A DNA stretch of 53,771 nt from Candidatus Dojkabacteria bacterium (GCA_035370505.1 DAOOVU010000002.1:1-53771), one strand, 5' to 3'; counted from the stretch's first letter, positions 10,433 to 19,217 are shown. The notes: generated by a model not told the origin, from the sequence alone. Program-made: numbers and translations.

Positions 10433-11615
10433 GCAGTATTTTTTTGAAGCGGGTAGTTTTCCAGATCTGTCGTATACAGAATTGTGTTGTGTTTTAGAGT
10501 CCTTCAATTTCAACAAAGAGATAGTTGAAAAATTTTCTGAGAATATATTTCTGGTCAAAAATGAGAGTTTGACTGATGATATGTTTAGAAATATTTTTAA
10601 GAGACTAGGAGGATGCATAAGGGCTGGGATTGTAATTCGAAATTTGGATTCTTTTTTAGAGGAATTTCAAAATGAGGGTGAAAAGATTATTTTTGGAATC
10701 AGTATTATTGGTAACAAAAGTGGATATAACAATGTTTTTGTTAAGAAACTTGGCAATGAAATAAAGAGAGGTCTTAAAGAATATGGTGTGAATTCCCGTT
10801 TTGTTCTTCCTATGAGAAAAGAATTATCTCTGAATACTGCACAATTAGTAAAAAATAATATATTAGAGAGGGGTTTTGAATTTGATATTATTGTTGGGAA
10901 CTCGAGAGAAATCTATGGAAGAACAGAATATGTACAGGATTTGGGTGGCTTTGTGAAAAGAGATATGAATAGACCAAATGCGAATATTTTAATGGGTACA
11001 CTTCCTCCTAAATTGGCAAGAATGATGGTGAATTTTACAGCATTGAGAAGTGGAATAATATGGGATCCTTTCTGTGGATCAGGTACAATACCTATGGAGG
11101 CTGTTACAATTGGATTTAATGTATTAGCGTCTGATGCAGATGATTTAGCTGTAGCATCTACAGACGAAAATATTAGGTGGCTGAATGAAGATGGTAGTAT
11201 TGATGAGATTTTGTACGAAACATTTAAGCTTGATGTTACGAGACCAGATAGCAAGATTGTTAAAAAACTGAAGAATACAGATATCTCTGCAGTTGTGTGT
11301 GAACCATTTATGGGTCCTCCTCAAAAAAGTCCTGTTTCTGAGAACCGAGCCGAAGAGCTTCTTAATAGTGTTGGAAAGCTGTACAAAAGTTTGTTTGATT
11401 TGATTGATAACAGAATTGAAAAGAGGGGTATACGTGCAGTTATAATTATTCCTTCATACAAAACATTCAATGGATGGAAGACGATTGGCATAAGAGAAGT
11501 CGCAGGAAATAGGTGGATATTGAAAAATTCTTACTATGTTCCAAATAAGGAACTTAGATGGTATAGACAGGATAGCATTATTATGCGTAATATATTCATC
11601 TTAGAAAGAAGTTAA
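10425..11615 (+). CDS. Class I SAM-dependent RNA methyltransferase, Trm11/Trm-G10 (UPF0020)-like
   Basis: The N-terminus YFFEAGSFPDLSYTELCCVLE resembles the start of archaeal/eukaryal Trm11. SAM motif I is IWDPFCGSGTIPMEA and motif II is VLASDAD. Motif IV is EPFMGPP instead of DPPYG. Overlaps the rplU stop by 8 nt. Confidence 0.6.
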   Translation: MPKQYFFEAGSFPDLSYTELCCVLESFNFNKEIVEKFSENIFLVKNESLTDDMFRNIFKRLGGCIRAGIVIRNLDSFLEEFQNEGEKIIFGISIIGNKSGYNNVFVKKLGNEIKRGLKEYGVNSRFVLPMRKELSLNTAQLVKNNILERGFEFDIIVGNSREIYGRTEYVQDLGGFVKRDMNRPNANILMGTLPPKLARMMVNFTALRSGIIWDPFCGSGTIPMEAVTIGFNVLASDADDLAVASTDENIRWLNEDGSIDEILYETFKLDVTRPDSKIVKKLKNTDISAVVCEPFMGPPQKSPVSENRAEELLNSVGKLYKSLFDLIDNRIEKRGIRAVIIIPSYKTFNGWKTIGIREVAGNRWILKNSYYVPNKELRWYRQDSIIMRNIFILERS

Positions 11616-11694
11616 TATATGGATTGTGTACTTGAAGTAGGAGTTAAAAAATAGTATTATCTGCATGGTTAAATAAATTAATAACAGATATCAA

Positions 11695-11955
11695 ATGTCA
11701 CATGTTGTTGCAGGAAGTACAACATCAAATCATGGAAATGTAGCAGGCAAAAGACTTGGAGTAAAGAAGTACGCAGGAGAAAAGGTTAAAGCTGGAAATA
11801 TTATAGTAAAGCAAAATGGTTCTGTATACCATCCAGGGAAGAATGTGTATATTGGGAAAACATATTCCATACATGCTAAAAAAGATGGTGTAGTACAGTT
11901 TAGAAGGATGACAGGTTTCAAAAGGGGAAAGTTTTATGTTGATGTCGTAGAATAG
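11695..11955 (+). CDS. rpmA: 50S ribosomal protein L27 (divergent N-terminal tail)
   Basis: GKRLGVKKYAGEKVKAGNIIVKQNGSVYHPGKNV aligns with canonical L27 (KRLGVK..G..I.VRQRGT.FHAG.NV). Confidence 0.9.
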   Translation: MSHVVAGSTTSNHGNVAGKRLGVKKYAGEKVKAGNIIVKQNGSVYHPGKNVYIGKTYSIHAKKDGVVQFRRMTGFKRGKFYVDVVE

Positions 11956-11960
11956 TTGAT

Positions 11961-12710
11961 ATGTCTAAATCACAGTATGTACAGATAGAAAGTAAGAATG
12001 CTCTATTGGAGTTGTTGAAGGAAGGTAGAGAGTTTGAAAAGATATATGCTGTAGGAAATGCCTTTAAAGATCCAAAAAGCCGTGAGATTTACGAGTTGGC
12101 TTCTAAGAAGAAAATTCCTGTTATTAGGGTGTCCAGAAGAGCTATAAACAGAAGGCTTAGATCTTCTTCGTCAGAGAGTATTATTGGACTAATGTATTCA
12201 CAGAATGATTGGAGTTTAGATGAGCTTTTGTCTGTGATACATGAGGAGGGAAAGCAACCGTTTTTTTTGATTTTAGATAACCTTAAATATTCTCAAAATA
12301 TAGCAGCAATAATGAGGACTGCATTTGCTTCTGGGGTAAATGGGATTATTGTTAATACTCAAAATAAGAGTTTAATATCTGATGAGACAATCAGGATATC
12401 AATGGGTGCAGCGGAAAGAGTTCCATTAGTAGAAACAAATTTGTTTAACGCCATAAAAACATTAAAGAAAAATGCAATAAAAATATATGCAGTTGATATG
12501 AAGGGGGACACATATTTTGAAAAAGATTTAACTGGTCCTGTGGCTTTTGTAATGGGTGCTGAAGATGTTGGAATATCATCAGGTATTTTAGAAAGAGTAG
12601 ATGAAAAAATTTCTATTCCTATGAGAGAGGGAATAGGTTCACTAAATGTAAGCTGTAGTGCTGCAATTCTTTTGTATGAGAAATTAAGACAGGAAGTGTC
12701 ACCGCACTAA
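11961..12710 (+). CDS. TrmH/SpoU-family RNA 2'-O-methyltransferase (RlmB-like)
   Basis: N-terminal L30e-like substrate-binding region followed by SPOUT motifs NIAAIMRTA, VMGAEDVGIS and SLNVSCSAAILLYE. Confidence 0.85.
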   Translation: MSKSQYVQIESKNALLELLKEGREFEKIYAVGNAFKDPKSREIYELASKKKIPVIRVSRRAINRRLRSSSSESIIGLMYSQNDWSLDELLSVIHEEGKQPFFLILDNLKYSQNIAAIMRTAFASGVNGIIVNTQNKSLISDETIRISMGAAERVPLVETNLFNAIKTLKKNAIKIYAVDMKGDTYFEKDLTGPVAFVMGAEDVGISSGILERVDEKISIPMREGIGSLNVSCSAAILLYEKLRQEVSPH

Positions 12711-12714
12711 ACAG

Positions 12715-13569
12715 TTAGGTAAGCTTTTTCATTAGATCTGCTAATTCATCGACAGTATTGTATCTAATGATTATTTGTCCACCTTTTGTCATTTTCTTTA
12801 TATGTGCAGAATAACCGAGTTTTTGACTTAGAAGTTGTTCATACATTTTTGTTTTAGAGTCGGATTCTGTCCAATTCTTTGTTGTTTTTGTTCTTCCATA
12901 TGTGATTTTTCTAACAAAGGCTTCAGTTTCTCTTACACTCATTCCTCGTTTTATGACAATATCTGCGGCTGCAATCATAGAAGTTTTGTCCTTTATTCCC
13001 ATTAAAGCTCTAGCATGTCCCTCAGATAGTCTTTCATTCATGACTTCTTCTTTAATGGAATCTGGAATTTGAAGGATTCTAAGTTTGTTTGTAACAGATA
13101 CTCTACTTACTCCAACTCTGTTCGCTATTTCGAGGTGTGAAAGTCCGAATTCATCTTGCATTTGTCTGAATGCATAGGCCTCTTCAAGTGGGTTTAGATC
13201 TTTTCTTTGTATATTTTCAATTAGAGCAATTTCAAGCATTTCTTGAGGAGATGTGTCTTTTATTACAACTGGAACATATTTTAATCCTGCAAGCTGAGCA
13301 GCCTTCAATCTTCTTTCTCCAGCAATTAGTGTATATTTATCAACTCCTTCCTGTTTTGTAATAATTAGGGGTTGTATAACTCCATGAGTTCTTATGGAAT
13401 CTGCGATACTAATGAGCTGTTCGGGATCAATCTTCATCCTCGGCTGATATGGATTAACTTCTATTTTGGAAATTGGAAAATCCTTAACATAGGAGCTGGA
13501 TGAATTATCTATCTCGTTGGAGCTGATTAAAGCAGCCAATCCTTTTCCTAATCTTTTTTTCTCCTCCAT
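12715..13569 (-). CDS. parB: Chromosome partitioning protein ParB/Spo0J
   Basis: NPYQPR box, GERRLKAA (CTP-binding arginine patch) and an HTH region LSHLEIANRVGVSRVSVTN. Downstream of parA. Confidence 0.93.
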   Translation of the reverse strand: MEEKKRLGKGLAALISSNEIDNSSSSYVKDFPISKIEVNPYQPRMKIDPEQLISIADSIRTHGVIQPLIITKQEGVDKYTLIAGERRLKAAQLAGLKYVPVVIKDTSPQEMLEIALIENIQRKDLNPLEEAYAFRQMQDEFGLSHLEIANRVGVSRVSVTNKLRILQIPDSIKEEVMNERLSEGHARALMGIKDKTSMIAAADIVIKRGMSVRETEAFVRKITYGRTKTTKNWTESDSKTKMYEQLLSQKLGYSAHIKKMTKGGQIIIRYNTVDELADLMKKLT

Positions 13570-13581
13570 ATCGTAAAAAAA

Positions 13582-14382
13582 TTAATTTATTTTTTCGAAC
13601 CTATCAATAAATTCGGATGCTAATCGTCTGTAAGCAAGTGCTCCTGTAGAGTTTTTATCATATTGGAAAATAGTTTTACCATAAGAAGGAGCCTCTGATA
13701 GCCTTACATTTCTTGGCACTATCGTATTAAAAGCCACATCTCCAAAAAAGTCTGTGACATCTTTTACAACATTTTCTGAAAGCTTTGTTCTGCTATCATA
13801 CATGGTTAAGATAACTCCACCAATGGTTAAAGCCGAATTTATTCCTTTAATGAGTTTGGTAGTTTCGATGAGCTGACCTAGTCCTTCTAAAGCAAAATAT
13901 TCACATTGTATTGGGATTATAAGCTTCTGCGCTGCACTGAGCGCATTAAGAGTAAGAAGTCCAAGAGATGGAGGGCAGTCTATTAGAACATAGTCAAATT
14001 TTTCTGTCATATTTTCCAGTGCTTTTTTTAGTAGTGTTTCTCTTGATATCATGTTAACCATTTCTATTTCAGCTCCCGCAAGCGACAGATGAGATGGAAG
14101 AAGAAATAGATTTTTTGTGTCTGTTGTGACGAAGACTGAAGATATTGGTTCTCCTTCAACTAAAACATCATAAATATTCTTGTATGGAGCTTCATCAGTA
14201 GATTTCCAACTTTGTTTGTCAAATTGTTGAGTAAATCCAAGTCCAGAAGAAAGGTTTGATTGAGGGTCTAAATCGACAGCTAATGTTTTTTTGCCTTTTT
14301 GAGCCAAAGCAGCCCCTAGATTCATGACAGTTGTAGTTTTTCCTACGCCTCCTTTTTGGTTTGCTATTACAAAAATTTTCAT
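13582..14382 (-). CDS. parA: Chromosome partitioning ATPase ParA/Soj
   Basis: Deviant Walker A NQKGGVGKTTT and Walker B YVLIDCPPSLG. Followed by parB. Confidence 0.95.
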   Translation of the reverse strand: MKIFVIANQKGGVGKTTTVMNLGAALAQKGKKTLAVDLDPQSNLSSGLGFTQQFDKQSWKSTDEAPYKNIYDVLVEGEPISSVFVTTDTKNLFLLPSHLSLAGAEIEMVNMISRETLLKKALENMTEKFDYVLIDCPPSLGLLTLNALSAAQKLIIPIQCEYFALEGLGQLIETTKLIKGINSALTIGGVILTMYDSRTKLSENVVKDVTDFFGDVAFNTIVPRNVRLSEAPSYGKTIFQYDKNSTGALAYRRLASEFIDRFEKIN

Positions 14383-14392
14383 GTTTTAGGTA

Positions 14393-15010
14393 TTAAATAT
14401 TGTAACTTTGGTGTTTAACTATTCTGAATTCTGAAAATGGAAAATACACAATCCAAGCTTTTCCTTTAATCCTATCAATAGAGATCGTCCCAAATGTTCT
14501 AGAATCAGAGCTATGTGGTCTGTTATCACCACATACAAAGTATTCTCCCTCTGGAACTTTGATACTTTGTCCTTCCTTCAAAAAATCTCCTCCACTTGTA
14601 TATATGCTTGAATTTAGATATGCAGATTCATCAAGAAGTTCCCCATTTATATATATTTTTCCATCTTTGAGCATAACAGTTTCTCCAGGAAGGCCGATTA
14701 TTCTTTTTATGAAGTCTTGAGTATCTGAATATTTGAAAATTATTACATCTCCTCTTTGAGGTTCCTTTACTTTGTAAGTAATTTTATTTGCCATTAAATA
14801 TTCTCCATTTTTGTATGTTGGATGCATAGAACTTCCAACAACCTCATGTGGGGTCATTATGAATAGGTAAAGTACTACAGTTATCACTAATGCTACAACA
14901 ATAGTTTCTAGGAATGAGAGCATGAATTGACCGACTGAGGAAAAGGCTGATGATATTTTTTTTGTCTTGGTCTGTTCAGTATCTGTTGTTGTTTCGTACA
15001 TTATTTTCAT
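14393..15010 (-). CDS. lepB: Signal peptidase I
   Basis: N-terminal TM helix. Catalytic Ser box GSSMHPTY, Lys box GDVIIFK..FIKRIIGLPGE, and GDNRPHSSDSR. Confidence 0.92.
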   Translation of the reverse strand: MKIMYETTTDTEQTKTKKISSAFSSVGQFMLSFLETIVVALVITVVLYLFIMTPHEVVGSSMHPTYKNGEYLMANKITYKVKEPQRGDVIIFKYSDTQDFIKRIIGLPGETVMLKDGKIYINGELLDESAYLNSSIYTSGGDFLKEGQSIKVPEGEYFVCGDNRPHSSDSRTFGTISIDRIKGKAWIVYFPFSEFRIVKHQSYNI

Positions 15011-15091
15011 TCCTAAATTAAGAGAAACTCACTCATACAGTGTATTCGAATGATATACCTTTGTCAAACAACCAGAGGATTTGTTGTTAAG

Positions 15092-15164
15092 TACCGCTAT
15101 GGGGAATCGAACCCCAGTTTACAGGATGAAAACCTGCTGTCCTAGACCTCTAGACGATAGCGGC
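15092..15164 (-). tRNA. tRNA-Glu (anticodon TTC), no encoded CCA
   Basis: Reverse complement folds as GCCGCTA-TC-GTCT-AGAGGTCTA-GGAC-A-GCAGG-TTTTCAT-CCTGT-AAAC-TGGGG-TTCGATT-CCCCA-TAGCGGT-A. Position 1:72 is a G-U pair. Confidence 0.9.
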
Positions 15165-15217
15165 ACAGTCGTGACATTCTACTATACTTACGGGTTTTTG
15201 TGAAGTTTAGTAATTTA

Positions 15218-15457
15218 CTATTGCCCACCTTTTTTGATTTGGTTCAATATTTGTTGCTCTTCAGCAAATGTTGCTCTTTGATATGTTCCCAACTCTTTGT
15301 TGTAGACATATCTTCTTTTACACTTACATTCGACCATGTATCTGTTGTCAGAAAGATTACCAAGTTTTTTGGCATATTCTAATCTGTGTGTACAGCCAAC
15401 ACATAGTTTCTTTTCAAGAAGCACTTGTTGAAATGGTCTAATCATTTTTTTGAACAT
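15218..15457 (-). CDS. Small hypothetical Cys-rich (zinc-ribbon-like) protein, 79 aa
   Basis: MFKKMIRPF...CVGCTHRLEY...VECKCKRRYVY has a CxxC...CxC arrangement. I trimmed the 122-aa track ORF to ATG 15457 because its N-terminal third is the antisense of nothing; it is simply the tRNA-Leu gene read as protein. Confidence 0.45.
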   Translation of the reverse strand: MFKKMIRPFQQVLLEKKLCVGCTHRLEYAKKLGNLSDNRYMVECKCKRRYVYNKELGTYQRATFAEEQQILNQIKKGGQ

Positions 15458-15507
15458 ATTTTGTTTTTGATTAACTGAAATACTGATGCTAGAAATAATC
15501 TTTGATA

Positions 15508-15592
15508 TGCCGAGGAGAGGACTCGAACCTCCACGAGGTTTTGCCTCATATGCTCCTAAGGCATACGTGTCTGCCAGTTCCACCACCTCGGC
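15508..15592 (-). tRNA. tRNA-Leu (anticodon TAG), long variable arm, no encoded CCA
   Basis: Reverse complement folds as GCCGAGG-TG-GTGG-AACTGGCAG-ACAC-G-TATGC-CTTAGGA-GCATA-(16-nt variable arm)-GGAGG-TTCGAGT-CCTCT-CCTCGGC-A. Confidence 0.93.
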
Positions 15593-15636
15593 ATAATAGG
15601 ATATTCTACTAAAAAAGAGAGCTTTTTGGTAGTGTT

Positions 15637-15927
15637 TTAGCCTTCATCACTTCCAAATACATCACCATATATCTTTGCGCAACCGTTTTCTGTATGTTTA
15701 CAGTTTTTTAAAACTTCTTTCTGAGACAGAGAAGTTTTAGGATTATCATCTCTAAGGCTATCGAATGTGATGTGTTCTTTCATTGGGAGAATGTTGGTAG
15801 TATCTTTTTCTTTAAGTATATCTACTGAGGCGAGAATTTCTTCCATCTGTGGAGTGAATTCCTTAAGTTCATCCTCAGTTAACTTTATGCGTGAGAGTTC
15901 AGCTATGTGCTTAATATCCATTTTCAT
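15637..15927 (-). CDS. gatC: Glu/Asp-tRNA amidotransferase subunit C
   Basis: 96 aa. IKHIAELSRIKLTEDELKEFTPQMEEIL is the typical GatC N-terminus. 4-nt overlap with the upstream gatB. Confidence 0.9.
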   Translation of the reverse strand: MKMDIKHIAELSRIKLTEDELKEFTPQMEEILASVDILKEKDTTNILPMKEHITFDSLRDDNPKTSLSQKEVLKNCKHTENGCAKIYGDVFGSDEG

Positions 15928-17429
15928 TTTAATTTTTGTTCTAAAATATTTCTTACAGTATTTGGATTTGCAGTTCCATTAGTTGCTTTCATTACTTGTC
16001 CCACAAGAAATCCTATGCTTGCACCTTTGCCGTTCTTAAAATCTTCAACTGCTTTTTGATTCTCAGATATTACTGTTTCTACTATTGTTTCAATGTTTGT
16101 ACTATTTTCACTTTTTTGTTTTCTCATTTTCTCAATTTCCTTTTTAATATCACAGCCATTATCAACTCTTTCTTGGAGCATCTTTTCTGCTTTGCTTTTA
16201 GTAAATATTCCATCTTTGAATGCGATGATAATATCTGCAAGTTCATCTAAGTCTATATTCAGTTGTGACCAGTCTTTACCAGATTTATTTGCAATTGCGT
16301 AAACTGGACCCATTAACCAGTTAGATGCTTCTTTAGCAGAATCTTTCTCATTCATGACTTTGCTCAGTTTCTTTTGAAGGTTTTCAAAATAGTTCGCACT
16401 TTCTTTTGATGAGGAGATAACTTCTGCAGAATATTTAGAGAGACCCCAATCTTTAATGTATCTTTCAACTTTTTCATCAGGGAGTTCTATTAATTGTGTT
16501 TTGATTTCTTCTACTTTACTTCTTGGTATGTCAATTATTGGAATATCTGGTTCAGGCATATATCTGTAATCGTCAGCACTTTCTTTGCTTCTTTGGAATT
16601 CTGTAATGTTTTTATCTGCATTCCAACCCCTTGTTTGTTGAATAATCTTTTTACCAGATCGTATCTCTTCTAGCATCCTTTGTATTTCGTATTCTATTGC
16701 TTTTTCTACAGCTGTAATTGAGCCTATGTTCTTTACTTCTGTTTTTGGATTTAGTTTGTAATTACCAATTGAAATTATTTTTCCATCCTTAAACTGCCAT
16801 TTTCCTTTTTCTTGTATAGATATATTAGGCTCACATCTCATTTGTCCTTTTTCCATATCGGCATCAGAAATATCAAGGTATCTGGCGATTTGTCTAATCC
16901 TAGTAGCATAGTCTTTGGCATCTTTTGCATTCGTTATGCAGGGTTTTGTTACTATCTCAATCAAAGGAACCCCAGATTTATTGTAGTCTATGAGTGTGTA
17001 TGGCTTTCCTGAGATACTTTCAATATGGTGTGTAGATTTTGCCACATCTTCCTCTTGGTGTATTCTTTCAATTTCTACTATTGTTCCGCTTGGAAGTTTA
17101 ATCCAACCATCGTGACATATTGGTCTTTTGTATTGGCTTATCTGGTATCCTTTTGGGAGATCAGGATAAAAATAATGCTTTCTGTCAAAATGAACTTCTG
17201 AATCTACTTCACAATGTACTGCTAATCCCATTAAGATACACAGTTCTAGTGCATGTTTGTTTACGGTAGGTAACGCTCCCGGCAATCCTAAGCATACTGG
17301 ACATACATGAGTATTTGGTTCTTCATGAAAATAGCCAGTTGCACATGAGCAAAACATTTTAGTTTTAGTTTTTGTCTGGATGTGTATCTCTAAACCAATT
17401 ACTACATCATAATTTTCATCAATATCCAT
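15924..17429 (-). CDS. gatB: Glu/Asp-tRNA amidotransferase subunit B
   Basis: YDVVIGLEIHIQ, CPVCLGLPGALP and a YqeY-like C-terminal tail (NWLMG...GFLVGQVMK). The track ORF starts at 17495; I prefer ATG 17429 (MDIDENYDVVIGLE), which removes a 38-nt overlap with the upstream gene. Confidence 0.93.
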   Translation of the reverse strand: MDIDENYDVVIGLEIHIQTKTKTKMFCSCATGYFHEEPNTHVCPVCLGLPGALPTVNKHALELCILMGLAVHCEVDSEVHFDRKHYFYPDLPKGYQISQYKRPICHDGWIKLPSGTIVEIERIHQEEDVAKSTHHIESISGKPYTLIDYNKSGVPLIEIVTKPCITNAKDAKDYATRIRQIARYLDISDADMEKGQMRCEPNISIQEKGKWQFKDGKIISIGNYKLNPKTEVKNIGSITAVEKAIEYEIQRMLEEIRSGKKIIQQTRGWNADKNITEFQRSKESADDYRYMPEPDIPIIDIPRSKVEEIKTQLIELPDEKVERYIKDWGLSKYSAEVISSSKESANYFENLQKKLSKVMNEKDSAKEASNWLMGPVYAIANKSGKDWSQLNIDLDELADIIIAFKDGIFTKSKAEKMLQERVDNGCDIKKEIEKMRKQKSENSTNIETIVETVISENQKAVEDFKNGKGASIGFLVGQVMKATNGTANPNTVRNILEQKLK

Positions 17430-17457
17430 AGAGAAGATACTAGCAATTTTAACTGGA

Positions 17458-18534
17458 TTATTCAACAAAGATGTCTCCTTTGTCATTTTTTGCATTTGTA
17501 TTCAGGACATAAAAAGTTCCTCTTCCTCTTCCTTTTTGAAGAATGTATTTCTTTTCAAGCATATCTTGTAAATCTCTGTATGAGGTCATAAAAGAGACTC
17601 CCATCATTTTTGTTAGGTCACTTCTTGTTATTTTTTGATTAATTGTTAGATAGTCGATTATTTTAATTTGTCTAGGATTGAGGTGGAGTTCAAGGTCTCC
17701 TTGTTTTTTTACTTTTTTAATATATGTATCTTTTATTTCATTAGAAACTTCTAGGGAAGTCTTTGACATGGTATAGAGGAATGCTTCTAAAAACATTGTA
17801 AGATCAAGTCTTCCTTTTGAAAGTCCAAAAGCTGATACAAAATCTTCTGATATATTATTTATGGATTTGAACATAGGGAACATATTTTCTGGATTGTATC
17901 CATATTTTTTAGTAATAATTTCGGCTGTGAGTATTGCAGTAATTTGATTCCCCATGGTAAAAGGAGCTTTATCCATAAATTCATAAAGAAGGACTCCAGT
18001 CTTTATTAGTTTGTGATTGGTATCTCTTCCATTCTGTATCCATTCGAATATTTCATTAAAGTACATAACAGGGTCTAAATTGGGATAGAAATCTCTGCAC
18101 TTGTACCACGTATCATAGATTTCATTTGGTTTTTCAGAAAATGTTCTTAATTTACCAACTTCAGTGTCATCAGCAATGTCTTTAGTTATTAATCTGTTAA
18201 TATGGACTGCCAATTCCATTGATGGTTTGAGAGAATTAGTATCGTTGTATGAGTTTATGAAGTCTTTTGCATTTCTAAAATTAGTAAATAGCTTTAATTT
18301 TTTCTTCTCTGATGGCATTTCTTGTCCTCTTTGTATTGTAAGTGCTTTGTTATATCCAATGGGATAAGAAACTAGTTCTCCTAGGCTTTGAATATCTTCA
18401 GCTGATAATCTTTCTTTTATACTTGTCTTGTATTTCTCAGGTATTGGGTTGTACTTAATATCGGTAATGGCAATTTCATACTTTACGATATAGTTAAGCA
18501 TTAAGTTTGTAAGAGTGTATTTCGGAATCTTCAT
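17458..18534 (-). CDS. Fic-fold protein with degenerate active-site motif and C-terminal winged-HTH
   Basis: At the position of the Fic motif HPFxDGNGRxxR the sequence reads APFTMGNQITAI. C-terminal LNPRQIKIIDYLTINQKITRSDLTKMMGVSFMTSYRDLQDMLEKKYILQKGRGRGTFY is a DeoR/MarR-like wHTH, as found in many Fic-wHTH proteins. Confidence 0.6.
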   Translation of the reverse strand: MKIPKYTLTNLMLNYIVKYEIAITDIKYNPIPEKYKTSIKERLSAEDIQSLGELVSYPIGYNKALTIQRGQEMPSEKKKLKLFTNFRNAKDFINSYNDTNSLKPSMELAVHINRLITKDIADDTEVGKLRTFSEKPNEIYDTWYKCRDFYPNLDPVMYFNEIFEWIQNGRDTNHKLIKTGVLLYEFMDKAPFTMGNQITAILTAEIITKKYGYNPENMFPMFKSINNISEDFVSAFGLSKGRLDLTMFLEAFLYTMSKTSLEVSNEIKDTYIKKVKKQGDLELHLNPRQIKIIDYLTINQKITRSDLTKMMGVSFMTSYRDLQDMLEKKYILQKGRGRGTFYVLNTNAKNDKGDIFVE

Positions 18535-18550
18535 AGTTGTTTTTTCTAAA

Positions 18551-18623
18551 AGCTGGTGGATGGATTCGAACCAACGACCTGTCCCTTACGAAGGGAATGC
18601 TCTACCAACTGAGCTACACCAGC
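18551..18623 (-). tRNA. tRNA-Thr (anticodon CGT), no encoded CCA
   Basis: Reverse complement folds as GCTGGTG-TA-GCTC-AGTTGGTA-GAGC-A-TTCCC-TTCGTAA-GGGAC-AGGTC-GTTGG-TTCGAAT-CCATC-CACCAGC-T. Confidence 0.9.
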
Positions 18624-18670
18624 ATATGCGATAGTATTGTAACAAAAATGATACGTATATTCCAGAGTAG

Positions 18671-18746
18671 TGGAGCGAGAGACGGGACTCGAACCCGCTA
18701 CCTTCTCCTTGGGAAGGAGACATTCTACCAGATGAACTACTCTCGC
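18671..18746 (-). tRNA. tRNA-Gly (anticodon CCC), CCA encoded
   Basis: Reverse complement folds as GCGAGAG-TA-GTTC-ATCTGGTA-GAAT-G-TCTCC-TTCCCAA-GGAGA-AGGTA-GCGGG-TTCGAGT-CCCGT-CTCTCGC-T-CCA. Confidence 0.93.
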
Positions 18747-18764
18747 ATCTTGTCGAGAGTATAT

Positions 18765-18793
18765 AAAAAAAAGAGGAGTATTTCCACTCCTCT
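18765..18793 (-). terminator. Rho-independent terminator after the ytxH-like gene
   Basis: On the minus strand: 8-bp stem AGAGGAGT / ACTCCTCT (18772..18779 with 18786..18793), 6-nt loop, then a run of 8 U (plus-strand A run ending at 18772). Lies 28 nt past the stop codon. Confidence 0.7.
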
Positions 18794-18820
18794 TCTTTAA
18801 TGATTTAACAAAATCACAAA

Positions 18821-19189
18821 TTACTTGGATAATTGCTTTTTTACCATTTCCCAATCATTTTTTAGTAGCATTCCAAGTTTTTCACCAGTCTTTTCTGTGA
18901 CTTCTTGATTTGATCTTAAGTCTCGAACGACTTCAGAAACTAGTTCTTTGTATTTTGCTTCATCTATTAGTTGTCCTGCTTGTTTGATATTCTCAATCTT
19001 TGCTTTTAGCTCCTTTTGTGCATTTAAATATACTTCCTCAGCTCTGTCTCCTAGATCTTCTGCAAGTTTCTTAATATCTTCTCGTGTCTGTTTCCCAGAC
19101 TTTGGAGCCAACAGAATACCTGAGATTGCACCACCGATTGCTCCAAAAATTGCACCTTTGAGGAACGATTTTTTAGCTTGTTCTGGCAT
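18821..19189 (-). CDS. YtxH-domain protein
   Basis: N-terminal KGAIFGAIGGAISGILLAPKSGKQTREDIK is the YtxH signature. The rest is charged coiled-coil-like sequence. Confidence 0.8.
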   Translation of the reverse strand: MPEQAKKSFLKGAIFGAIGGAISGILLAPKSGKQTREDIKKLAEDLGDRAEEVYLNAQKELKAKIENIKQAGQLIDEAKYKELVSEVVRDLRSNQEVTEKTGEKLGMLLKNDWEMVKKQLSK

Positions 19190-19217
19190 AGTTTATATAA
19201 ATTAAAAATTAAATATA

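Noticed and set aside
15458-15586. N-terminal 43 codons of the 122-aa track ORF 15218..15586
   Set aside because: This part is the tRNA-Leu gene read as protein (MVELADTYALGAYEAKPRGGSSP). I kept only the portion from ATG 15457.
18537-18854. 87-aa (+) and 102-aa (-) ORFs in the track
   Set aside because: Both span the tRNA-Thr and tRNA-Gly(CCC) genes and the terminator hairpin, so they are not credible CDS.
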